Assembly: GCA_964418395.1 (NCBI GenBank)
Contig: CAYQMQ010000001.1
Coordinates: 1 to 41,573 of the forward strand
Direction of reading: 5' to 3'
Length of the DNA stretch: 41,573 nt
Source of the DNA: an uncultured Actinomycetota bacterium
GTDB taxonomy: Bacteria; Actinomycetota; Nitriliruptoria; Euzebyales; Egibacteraceae
Shown one piece after another: positions 26,223 to 35,934 of this stretch. The position numbers were made by a program, and so were the translations under genes. The notes under the pieces are model-generated. The model did not search any database. It had not been told where the DNA came from and saw nothing but the letters and a program-made list of their open reading frames with translations. How positions within the stretch are numbered: the stretch's first letter is position 1; each line of letters starts with the position of its first letter.

Positions 26223-28421
26223 GTGGCTCGGTGCGCTGACGTGCCGGGAGCTCCCGGTGACGACACGCCAACCGCGGTCACCCCGTCCGGGTCTCACCGA
26301 GCCGTGAGAGCCGTGACGGACGGGCTGGGGCCATCCGGGCAGCGAGCGCTGGGCTCGCTGACAGTCCTCCGGCGGCACACGCTGCGCGCCCTCACCAAGC
26401 TCCGCCAGCGTCCGCACGGTCAGTCCACCGACTTGGGGCTGGCCGCCACGGTCGGGGTCGCCACCGGCCTCTTGGCCGTCGCGCTGATCGAAGTCATCAG
26501 CGTGGTGCAGACGTTCGCGTTCGGCAGCGACCCCAGCCCGCTGCGTCTCGTGCTCGCCCCGACGATCGGGGCGCTGATCGTCGGGGTGCTGGTGACCTAC
26601 TGGGCCACCGAGACACGCGGCAGCGGCGAGGTCCAGATCATGCGCAGCATGGCGACCGGCGGCGGCGGGCTGCGGGGGCGCACGCCGCTGGCCGGCCTCC
26701 TGGCTTCCGGTGTGGTGCTGGGAAGCGGCGTGTCCGGCGGCCGCGAGGGACCGATCGTGCTGATCGGCGGCAGCGTCGGCTCGTTGCTGGCCCGCATCTT
26801 CACCCTCGATGAGGAGCGCAAGCGCGGCCTCATCGGCGCCGGCGCCGCGGCCGGGATCGGGGCCTCGTTCAACGCGCCGATCGGCGGGATGCTGTATGCC
26901 ATCGAGCTGATCCTGGGGGGACTGCGCGCACGCTCGCTGCAGATGGTGGTGATCGCCTCGGTCGTGGCCTCCGTCACCGCCCAGGAGATCATCGGCGCCG
27001 GCATCATCTACGAGCCCAGCGCCGTCTACGAGCTGAACGACCCCCGCGAGCTCCTGCTGTATCTGCTGCTCGGGCTCGCCGCCGTGGCCGCCGGCCTCGG
27101 CCTGCAGTACAGCGAATACTGGGTGAGCGTGCTGTTCGAGCGGGTCGAGCGAGTGCGGCTCTGGCGCGCGCTGGGGTTCACCGCCGGCGGTTTGGGCACC
27201 GGGATCATCGCGTTGTGGCTCCCTGAGGTGTTGGGCACCGGCGGCGAGCTGCCCCCGGTGACCGAGTACCGCGAACCGATCCAGGCGATGCTGGACAACG
27301 AGATGGGATTCGATCTCGATCTCGGCTTCGTCGCGGTGGCCTTTCTTCTGCTGCTGGCGATCGGCAAGCTAGTGGCCACCGCGCTCGCCGTCGGCAGCGG
27401 CAACCCCGTGGGCACGTTCGCGCCGCTGTTGTTCATCGGCGCCGGGCTCGGCGGCGCCTTCGGCAACGCGGCCGTGGCGCTGCTCCCGGGCTCGGGGATC
27501 AACGCCGGCGCGTTCGCCCTGGTGGGGATGGCCGCGGTGTTCAGCGCCGCTGCCCGCGCGCCGCTGACCGCGATCGTCATCCCGTTCGAGCTCACCGGCG
27601 ACTACGGGCTGGTGCTCCCGCTGATGCTCGCGGCGGGTATTGCCGCGCTCGTCGCGGACCGGATCCAGCCCGAGTCGATCCACACCATGCCGCTGCGACA
27701 CGAGGGGATCATCGCCAGCGAGCCCGAGGAGATCGACCTGCTGCAGACCGTGACGGTCGACGCCGTCATGACCACCGATCCGCTCACCGTCACCTCCGAC
27801 ACGACGATGCACACGCTGCGGGCCACGCTGCGGGAGGCCGGTCACGCCGTGCCCGTCGTGGACGGCGACCAACTCATCGGGGTCGTCGCGCCCGCCGACC
27901 TGCCCGCCGAGAGCACCGACGCCGACGAGTACCTGACGGCGGGCGATCTGTGCACCCGCGATCCGGTGACGGTGGCTCCCACCGCCCCCGTCTACCGCGC
28001 CATGCGCCGCATGGCGTCGCTCGACATCGGGATGGTGCCCGTCGTCGCCCAGCAACAGCCCCGCCGGCTCGTCGGTGTCGTCCGCCGGGACGACCTCGTC
28101 GACGCCTACCGCCAGGCAGCCAACCGCAGCCTCGGGATGCAACAGCGCCAGGAAGCCTCCCAGCTCCGCGACCTGGGCGGGGCACGGTTCCTCGAGCTCG
28201 CCGTGCACGCGGACGCGCCCGCCGCCGAGCAGGCGGTCCGCGACATCACCTGGCCCGACCGCGCCGTGCTGACCGGCGTCCACCGCGACGGCGAGCTGTT
28301 GCTGCCGGACGGCGACACGGTGCTTGAAGCCGGCGACCAGCTCGTGGTGCTCACCGACAAGGACAACACCGAAGAGCTGCGCCGGCTCATCACCGAGCCC
28401 CGGGAGTACGGGGCGGGTTGA
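26223..28421 (+). CDS. ClC family chloride channel/antiporter with C-terminal CBS pair and TrkA-C domain
   Basis: Complete ORF. ClC selectivity motifs are GSGEVQ, GREGPIVLIGG and GNPVGTFAP. A CBS pair follows (VDAVMTTDPLTV...VPVVDGDQLIGVV; GDLCTRDPVTV...MVPVV), then a TrkA-C-like end (LTGVHRDGELLLPDGDTVLEAGDQLVVL). The start is uncertain: there are several in-frame GTGs and no early ATG. Confidence 0.85.
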   Translation: MARCADVPGAPGDDTPTAVTPSGSHRAVRAVTDGLGPSGQRALGSLTVLRRHTLRALTKLRQRPHGQSTDLGLAATVGVATGLLAVALIEVISVVQTFAFGSDPSPLRLVLAPTIGALIVGVLVTYWATETRGSGEVQIMRSMATGGGGLRGRTPLAGLLASGVVLGSGVSGGREGPIVLIGGSVGSLLARIFTLDEERKRGLIGAGAAAGIGASFNAPIGGMLYAIELILGGLRARSLQMVVIASVVASVTAQEIIGAGIIYEPSAVYELNDPRELLLYLLLGLAAVAAGLGLQYSEYWVSVLFERVERVRLWRALGFTAGGLGTGIIALWLPEVLGTGGELPPVTEYREPIQAMLDNEMGFDLDLGFVAVAFLLLLAIGKLVATALAVGSGNPVGTFAPLLFIGAGLGGAFGNAAVALLPGSGINAGAFALVGMAAVFSAAARAPLTAIVIPFELTGDYGLVLPLMLAAGIAALVADRIQPESIHTMPLRHEGIIASEPEEIDLLQTVTVDAVMTTDPLTVTSDTTMHTLRATLREAGHAVPVVDGDQLIGVVAPADLPAESTDADEYLTAGDLCTRDPVTVAPTAPVYRAMRRMASLDIGMVPVVAQQQPRRLVGVVRRDDLVDAYRQAANRSLGMQQRQEASQLRDLGGARFLELAVHADAPAAEQAVRDITWPDRAVLTGVHRDGELLLPDGDTVLEAGDQLVVLTDKDNTEELRRLITEPREYGAG

Positions 28422-28422
28422 G

Positions 28423-29238
28423 TTGGCTGGCGCACCACCGGAGGCGAGCCGGTCAGGCGGGGAGGGCGCCGCCCGGGCCGGGGATCGGGCCGGGACAACG
28501 CCACCGGCACGCGCGCGCTTCCACGGCGACCTCGTCGAGCTGGCCGCATGTGCGGACCGGACCGGCCTCGTGCTGGTGCGCGCTCCGTCGCACCGCACGG
28601 TCAAGGATGCCGTGGAGGCGTGCGGCGTACCCCACACCGAGGTGGACCTGCTGCTGGCCGACGGCGCCAGCGTCGGCTTCGCCCACCGCGTGCGCCCCGG
28701 GGCCACGCTCGACGTGTACCCGTGGGCGGGCGCGCCCCCCGACGAGCCGCCCTCGCTCGTGCGGCCCGAGCCGCTGCCCGCGCGCTTCGTGGCCGACGTG
28801 CACCTGCACCGCCTCGCCCAGCTGCTCCGGTTGGTCGGCGTCGACGTCCGCGCTCACGCCGGCGCCGACGATCCCGAGTTGGTCGACACCGCCGTGACCG
28901 AACGCCGGTGGCTGCTCACCCGGGATCGGGGGCTGCTGATGCGCCGCCGGGTCACGCACGGCTACCTCGTGCGGGCCCACGACCCCCGCGCGCAGCTGCG
29001 CGAGGTGGTCGCCCGCTTCGGCCTCGCCGACCGGCTCGCGCCCTTGACCCGCTGTGCCCACTGCAACTCGGGGCTGGCGCCGGTGGCCAAGGCCGATGTC
29101 GCCCACCGCCTGGAGCCGGGCACCAAGGCGGCGTTCGACGACTTCGCTCAGTGCACCGGCTGCGGGCAGGTCTTTTGGCGCGGGGCCCACGCCGAAGCGC
29201 TGGACGAGCTCATCGCCTCGACCCGACAGGGCTCCTGA
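28423..29238 (+). CDS. Ub-Mut7C protein: N-terminal ubiquitin-like beta-grasp, Mut7-C (DUF82, PIN-like) RNase domain and zinc ribbon
   Basis: This is the tail of ORF 28324..29238. The beta-grasp reads RFHGDLVEL...VKDAVEACGVPHTEVDLLLADGASVGFAHRVRPGATLDVYP. The Mut7-C domain reads RFVADVHLHRLAQLLRLVGVDV...ERRWLLTRDRGLL...RCAHCN...CTGCGQVFWRGAH. The only start codon upstream of the domain and outside the ClC gene is TTG 28423, 1 nt after the ClC stop. Confidence 0.75.
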   Translation: MAGAPPEASRSGGEGAARAGDRAGTTPPARARFHGDLVELAACADRTGLVLVRAPSHRTVKDAVEACGVPHTEVDLLLADGASVGFAHRVRPGATLDVYPWAGAPPDEPPSLVRPEPLPARFVADVHLHRLAQLLRLVGVDVRAHAGADDPELVDTAVTERRWLLTRDRGLLMRRRVTHGYLVRAHDPRAQLREVVARFGLADRLAPLTRCAHCNSGLAPVAKADVAHRLEPGTKAAFDDFAQCTGCGQVFWRGAHAEALDELIASTRQGS

Positions 29239-29266
29239 CGCGGTGCCCGCGTCCCGCCGGTGTCCG

Positions 29267-30916
<1,650 letters not shown>

Positions 30917-31537
30917 TCATCGATTCACCTCGAGATCGAAGCACGGCTGGCACAGCTCTCGCCCGTCGAAGCGGCGGAGCCGCGTCTCCATGACCTCCTC
31001 ACCACAGCGGACGCAAGGCACCGACTCCTTGATGCGCGCCCGTCGGGGGGGCTCGTCGTCGGCCGGCTCCACGGTGTACAGCTCCTCGGGGTCTTGGGCG
31101 AGCACCTGCTTAGAGCGCTGCAGGTGCAGTTGGCGGAACCGGTCGCGGTCGGCGTCGGTGGCCTGCCCGGCGCTGATGCGCCCGCGCAGGCGCTGGTGCT
31201 CCGGGTCGGGCTGCAGCGCGCCGGGGCGAGCGGCGACGCGCACGGCCTTGCCGTCGCTGCGCCGGAAGAAGGTGAAGGCCTTCTTGCCCCAGTCCCGGTG
31301 GACGAGGTTGCCCTTGCCAAACGTGCAACCCGTGAGGAACTGGATCGCGTCCACCCCGCACATGTCGGTCTCGACCACGGCGACCACGTCCTCGTCGGTG
31401 GTGTCGGGGCCGACCTCACGCAGAGCGAGGCGCGCCGCTTGCACCCCCATCGCCAAACCGGGGCACTGGTGGCCGTGGAAGGCCACGAGGCGCTCCAGCA
31501 CGGAGTCGTCGACGGCGTCTGGTGCGGTTGCGGTCAT
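30917..31537 (-). CDS. FmdE/FwdE family protein with C-terminal CXXC...CXXC zinc ribbon
   Basis: Complete ORF. The FmdE-like core reads FHGHQCPGLAMGVQAARLAL...VVETDMCGVDAIQFLTGCTFGKGNL. The zinc ribbon is CVRCGEEV...CQPC. A GAAGGAG ribosome-binding site precedes ATG 31537. Confidence 0.75.
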   Translation of the reverse strand: MTATAPDAVDDSVLERLVAFHGHQCPGLAMGVQAARLALREVGPDTTDEDVVAVVETDMCGVDAIQFLTGCTFGKGNLVHRDWGKKAFTFFRRSDGKAVRVAARPGALQPDPEHQRLRGRISAGQATDADRDRFRQLHLQRSKQVLAQDPEELYTVEPADDEPPRRARIKESVPCVRCGEEVMETRLRRFDGRELCQPCFDLEVNR

Positions 31538-31562
31538 GTCGGCTCCTTCGAGGGACGGATCG

Positions 31563-31592
31563 TCAGGAGGATGCCTGTCAGGAGGATGCCTG
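31563..31592. repeat. Perfect 15-bp tandem duplication (TCAGGAGGATGCCTG x2) spanning the stop codon of the SBP gene
   Basis: Read directly: 31563..31577 and 31578..31592 are identical. On the coding (minus) strand this reads CAGGCATCCTCCTGA twice, that is ...Q A S S stop followed by a second untranslated Q A S S stop. Confidence 0.9.
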
Positions 31593-33299
31593 GTCGGGCA
31601 GGCCGGTCTCCTGGCCGGTAACGAACATGTGCTTGTTACGGCTGCCGCGGCACGGGCTGCAGCCGGGGGTGTAGTACCACCCGTCGAAGGTTGCCTCGTC
31701 GTAGAACAGATACCGGGTGGGCACGTACAGCGACAGCACCGGCAGATCCTCGGCGATCTCGCGCTGCAGGTCGGCCACGATCTCGCGGCGCTCGTCGGGG
31801 TCGGTGGCGGTCAGCTGCGCCTCAGCGAGCTCGTCCACCTCGTCGTTGGCGTAGCCGTGCACCGTGGAGTGCCCGCGCGGTGGCGCTTCGGAGTGGTAGC
31901 GCTGGCGCAGGGTGTCCGGATCGGACATCAGCCCGCCGTATCCGACGGCTGACATCGTGTAGTTGCCCTCGGTGGCGGCCTCGTCGGCCGACGACCGGTC
32001 GACAACGTTCGGTTGGACGTCGATGCCAACGTCGCCTAGGTACTCAGCGACCAGCTCCGGGCCGTCGGCGGTGAAGCGGGAGCTTGCCAGCAGCTCGATC
32101 TCGAAGGGCTCGCCGTTGGGCAGCTCGCGTGTGCCGTCGCCGTCGCTGTCGGTGATGTCGAGCCCCTCGAGCAGCTCGCGCGCCTGCTCGGGGTCGTGGT
32201 CGTAGGTGGGCAGATCTCCGGGGTTGAACGGATGCTCGGGCGCCAACCCGCCGCTGCTGCCGGGCAGCCCTCGGCCGAACACCAGCCGGTCCACCATGTC
32301 CTGCTGATCGACGGCGTAGGCCACCGCGTGGCGGAAGTCGACCTCGTCGTAGGGAAAGCCTTCCTCGAGGTTGAAATGCAGCGCGAGGTTCCAGTCCGCG
32401 AAGCCGTCCACTCGTCCGAACTGGGCGTCGAAGGCCTCGTATTGCTCGTCGGGCAGCGGCTCGCGGGCGATCTCGGCGACGTCGAGCTCGCCGCGTTCTA
32501 AGGCCAACAGCTCGTCCTCGACGGAGACGAACTCGACGCGCTGCACGTGGGGCTCACCCAGGAAGAAGTCGTCGTTGGCCTCGAACAGGTAGTTGCCGGC
32601 GGCCTCGTCGTATTCGACCAGTTCGTAAGGCCCCGAGCCCACGAAGGCATCGTCCTCGAGATACTGCTGCGGATCGTCGACGTCGGACCAGATGTGCTCG
32701 GGCAGGATCATCATGCTGCCGGCCACGTCCGACTCGAACGCGGCGTAGGCTTGAGGCAGCTCGAAGGTGACGGTGCGCTCATCGGTGGCGACGACGTCGT
32801 CGACGACTTCGAGCGACCCGCCGCGGCCGGTGTCGGCCGCGGCGCCCTCGGTGTAGTAGTCGAACGAGAACGCCACGTCGTCGGCCGTCAGGGGCTCGCC
32901 GTCCTGCCAGGCGATGTCCTCGTGGAGGGTGAACGTCCACTCGGTCCCGTCATCGCTCGCCTCCCAGTCCTGGGCCAGCCACGGGCCGAACTCGCCGGAC
33001 GCGTCCCACCACAGCAGGGTGTCGAACTGATAGCCCGCGAGGATGCGGCCAGGCCCGCGAACCCACGAGAACGGCGTGGGCTGGCCGTAGTCGCCCCCGG
33101 CCACCCGAAGCCGTTCGATTCGCTCGTCATCGCCTGTCGCGTCGTCGGCGGTCTGCTCGGTCTCGTCCGAATCGTCAGTCTCGGGCTCGTCGGCCTGTTG
33201 ATCCGGGTCAGCGGTCGGGTCGCAGGCGGCCACCAGAAGGGCCGTCAGCATCAGCCCCGCCAGCCACAGCCAGGCATTGGTCGTGCGAACAGCGTGCAT
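31578..33299 (-). CDS. ABC transporter substrate-binding lipoprotein, family 5 (peptide/nickel/opine type), copy 1
   Basis: This is the tail of ORF 31578..33404 from ATG 33299, preceded by AAGGAG 8 nt upstream. The lipoprotein signal is MHAVRTTNAWLWLAGLMLTALLVAAC, followed by a ~35-aa acidic tether (DPTADPDQQADEPETDDSDETEQTADDATGDDE). The SBP_bac_5 body reads YQFDTLLWWDASGEF.PWLAQDWEASDDGTEWTFTLHEDIAWQDGEPLTADDVAFSF. The C-terminal motif is GCSPC. Confidence 0.85.
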   Translation of the reverse strand: MHAVRTTNAWLWLAGLMLTALLVAACDPTADPDQQADEPETDDSDETEQTADDATGDDERIERLRVAGGDYGQPTPFSWVRGPGRILAGYQFDTLLWWDASGEFGPWLAQDWEASDDGTEWTFTLHEDIAWQDGEPLTADDVAFSFDYYTEGAAADTGRGGSLEVVDDVVATDERTVTFELPQAYAAFESDVAGSMMILPEHIWSDVDDPQQYLEDDAFVGSGPYELVEYDEAAGNYLFEANDDFFLGEPHVQRVEFVSVEDELLALERGELDVAEIAREPLPDEQYEAFDAQFGRVDGFADWNLALHFNLEEGFPYDEVDFRHAVAYAVDQQDMVDRLVFGRGLPGSSGGLAPEHPFNPGDLPTYDHDPEQARELLEGLDITDSDGDGTRELPNGEPFEIELLASSRFTADGPELVAEYLGDVGIDVQPNVVDRSSADEAATEGNYTMSAVGYGGLMSDPDTLRQRYHSEAPPRGHSTVHGYANDEVDELAEAQLTATDPDERREIVADLQREIAEDLPVLSLYVPTRYLFYDEATFDGWYYTPGCSPCRGSRNKHMFVTGQETGLPDQASS

Positions 33300-33337
33300 C
33301 GATGATTCTCCTTGTGTTGCCATGCGATTTCGGATTC

Positions 33338-33360
33338 GACCGGCGGGTGGCCCACCGGTC
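33338..33360 (-). other. GC-rich stem-loop in the methyltransferase/SBP intergenic spacer (10-bp stem)
   Basis: The plus strand reads GACCGGCGGG-TGG-CCCACCGGTC. On the minus-strand transcript this is GACCGGUGGG-CCA-CCCGCCGGUC, with all 10 positions paired (one G-U). On the plus strand the same position would be a C-A mismatch, so the structure favours the coding-strand RNA. No U-tract follows. Confidence 0.35.
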
Positions 33361-33376
33361 GCGCGCCGGTTTCTGA

Positions 33377-34183
33377 CTACTGCTCGGTGGGAGGCGTCCA
33401 CCACAATGTGGCGGTGGCCCGCGTCGCCGGCGGTGGGTAGCGCTCGAGCAGTTCACGGATCTCGGGATCCCGATCGGGACCGAGACACAGCCGCTTGCGG
33501 GCGAAGGCGACTCGGTCGTCCACGGTGCGGTCGAGGTTCATCGACCGGGCCCACCGCTCGACGTGCACGTGGTAGCCGGCGGCTCGGATCGCCGCGATGG
33601 CGTCGTCGGCGGTGGGGCCGGCGGGCAGTTCGATGCCGTGCACGTGCCACCAGTACGGCCTCAGCCAGGCCGTGGGGTGTTCCTGGGTGAGCTGGACGAC
33701 CACTCGCCGTCGAGCGTGATGGGTCAGCGCGTGGACGAACGACTCGAGGTCGGCCACGCCGTAGAGGACGTTGTGGCACACGACCACGTCGACCATGGGA
33801 GCCTGGTTGGCGATGTCGGGCCAACGGCCCACGAGGGTGTCAAAGGTCGCTCCGCGGGCAGCGGCACGATCAGCGAATGCCTGCAGCATGCCCTCGGACT
33901 CGTCCACGCCGAACAGCTGGCCGGCGGGTGGCACCAACGGCAGCGATCCGGCTCCGGCCCCAGAGCCGACGTCCAACACGTTGCCGCCCTCGGGCAGCAC
34001 CTCTCGGGCCGCCTGCTGTGACGGTGTCGTCTCGTGGAGGGTTGCGTCGGCGATCCGCGCGAAGTGGGCAACGTCGAACCCGTGGGGCGACTCCGGAGCC
34101 GCGGCACGGATTTCACCGGGCACTGCCCGAGCGGCCAACTGGTCTGCCCACCGTTGGGCGGGGTTCGGTGTGGTGGTCGTCAT
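33377..34183 (-). CDS. Class I SAM-dependent methyltransferase
   Basis: This is the tail of ORF 33377..34309 from ATG 34183 (MTTTTPNPAQRW...). SAM motif I is VLDVGSGAGAGS, followed by post-I FGVDESEGML and VVVCHNVLYGV. The substrate cannot be inferred from sequence. Confidence 0.8.
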   Translation of the reverse strand: MTTTTPNPAQRWADQLAARAVPGEIRAAAPESPHGFDVAHFARIADATLHETTPSQQAAREVLPEGGNVLDVGSGAGAGSLPLVPPAGQLFGVDESEGMLQAFADRAAARGATFDTLVGRWPDIANQAPMVDVVVCHNVLYGVADLESFVHALTHHARRRVVVQLTQEHPTAWLRPYWWHVHGIELPAGPTADDAIAAIRAAGYHVHVERWARSMNLDRTVDDRVAFARKRLCLGPDRDPEIRELLERYPPPATRATATLWWTPPTEQ

Positions 34184-34236
34184 CGTGAACCTCGAGGTGT
34201 CAGCCACTGACGTCGCGCAGCGGTAGCGGCCATAGA

Positions 34237-35934
34237 TCAGCCACCGGTGACGTAGAGGTACTTGTTGCGGGTCGCCCCGCAGGGGGTGCACGTCGGGGTG
34301 TAGGCCCATGCGTCGAACACCGACTCGTCGTAGAACGTCAGCCGGTCGGGCACGTACAGCGACAGCACGGGCAGGTCCTCGGCGAGGATCTGCATCATCT
34401 CGGCCACGATCTCCTTGCGCTCGTCCTCGTCGACGGTGACCAACTGTTGCTCGGCGAGCTCATCCAACTCGTCGTTCGCATAGCCGTGCACCGACGTGAA
34501 GCTGTCGTTCGGTGTCTCGGAGTGATACCGCTCGCGCAGCCGGTCGGGGTCGCTGCCCAACCCGCCATAGCCGTGCAGGGCCATCGTGTAGTTGCCTTCC
34601 TGGCCGGCTTCGTCGGAGCTGGCGCGATCCAGCATCGTCACCTGTACGTCCAAGCCAACCTCGCCGAGATATTCGGCCACCAGCTCGGGGTCCCGGGGTC
34701 CGAAGCGCTGGCTGGAGTTCAACTCGATCTCGAACGATTCACCGTTGGGCAGCTCGCGGGTGTCGTCATCGTCGGCGTCGGTGATGTCCAGCCCGTCGAG
34801 CAGCTCGCGGGCCTGCTCGAGATCGTGTTCGTAGGCCGGCAGATCGTTGGGGGTGTAGGGGTGGTCGGGGGTCAGTCCGCCGGTGCTTCCCGGTTGCCCG
34901 CGGCCGAACAGCAGCCGGTCGACCATGTCCTGGCGGTCGATGGCGTAGGCCACGGCGTGGCGAAAGTCGACCTCGTCGAAGGGAAAGCCGGCATCGAGGT
35001 TGAAGTGCAGCGCGTGGTTCCACTCCCCCGATGCCTCGGCCAGCCCGTATTGGGAGTCGAAGGACTCGAACTGCTCGTCGGGCAGCGGATCGCGGAACAC
35101 CCCGGCGGCGTGAATCTCGCCGCGCTCGAGGGCCAGCAGCTCGTCTTCGATCTCCGGTATGAACTCGAGGCGCTGCACCACGGGCTCGCCGAGGAAGAAG
35201 TCGTCGTTGGCCTCGTAGAGGTAGCTGCCGGCGGCCTCGTCGAACTCGACCAACTCGTAGGCACCCGTGCCGACGAACGCGTCGTCCTCGAGATATTGGC
35301 CCGGCTCGTCAACGTCGGACCAGATGTGCTCAGGCAGGATGAACATGCCCCAAAGTCCGGCCACGTTGTCCTCGAACCCGGCGAACGGCTGGGACAAACG
35401 GAAGACGACCTCGCGATCGCCTTCGGCGACGACCTCGTCCACGACGTCGAGGTTGCTGGTGTGAATCCCCGGTGGCCCGTCGGTCATGTACTCGAAGCTG
35501 AAGACCACGTCGTCGACCGTCAGCGGCTCGCCGTCGTGCCACTGCACGTCCTCGCGCAGGGTGAACGTCCATTCGGTGCCGTCGTCGTTGGACTCCCAGT
35601 CCTCGGCCAGCCACGGGATCGTCTCGCCATCGGGGTTCATCCACAGCAGCGTGTCGAACAAGAAGCCGGTGTGGATCAGCCCGGGACCACGCACGTAAGC
35701 GAAGGGTGTGGGGTGGCCGAAGTCGCCGCCGCCCAGCCGCAGCCGCTCGATGCGCTCGGTCTCGGCGGTGTCGTCGGACTCGTCGTCGGAGGTTTCGGAG
35801 CCGGTGTCGGATTCGTTCCCAGAAGCCGTGGCTTCGTCAGGAGAATCGTCGGCCGTCGGGCTGCACGCCACCGCCAGCGCGAGGCAGGCGAGCAGGAAAA
35901 TGGAGGTAAGCAGCTTGCCGGTCTTGGTCATCAT
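34237..35934 (-). CDS. ABC transporter substrate-binding lipoprotein, family 5, copy 2 (paralog of 31578..33299)
   Basis: Complete ORF. The lipoprotein signal is MMTKTGKLLTSIFLLACLALAVAC, with acidic tether SPTADDSPDEATASGNESDTGSETSDDESDDTAETE. The body is collinear with copy 1 (ERIERLRLGGGDFGHPTPFAYVRGPGLIHTGFLFDTLLWMNPDGETIPWLAEDWESNDDGTEWTFTLREDVQWHDGEPLTVDDVVFSFEY). The C-terminal motif is TCTPC. The start overlaps the ATPase stop (ATGATGA). Confidence 0.88.
   Translation of the reverse strand: MMTKTGKLLTSIFLLACLALAVACSPTADDSPDEATASGNESDTGSETSDDESDDTAETERIERLRLGGGDFGHPTPFAYVRGPGLIHTGFLFDTLLWMNPDGETIPWLAEDWESNDDGTEWTFTLREDVQWHDGEPLTVDDVVFSFEYMTDGPPGIHTSNLDVVDEVVAEGDREVVFRLSQPFAGFEDNVAGLWGMFILPEHIWSDVDEPGQYLEDDAFVGTGAYELVEFDEAAGSYLYEANDDFFLGEPVVQRLEFIPEIEDELLALERGEIHAAGVFRDPLPDEQFESFDSQYGLAEASGEWNHALHFNLDAGFPFDEVDFRHAVAYAIDRQDMVDRLLFGRGQPGSTGGLTPDHPYTPNDLPAYEHDLEQARELLDGLDITDADDDDTRELPNGESFEIELNSSQRFGPRDPELVAEYLGEVGLDVQVTMLDRASSDEAGQEGNYTMALHGYGGLGSDPDRLRERYHSETPNDSFTSVHGYANDELDELAEQQLVTVDEDERKEIVAEMMQILAEDLPVLSLYVPDRLTFYDESVFDAWAYTPTCTPCGATRNKYLYVTGG

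Noticed and set aside
22603-26281. 684-aa and 663-aa minus-strand ORFs (22603..24657 and 24290..26281)
   Set aside because: They are antisense to the patatin and CWB2-GHL10 genes, which carry clear motifs. Their composition is typical of shadow ORFs.
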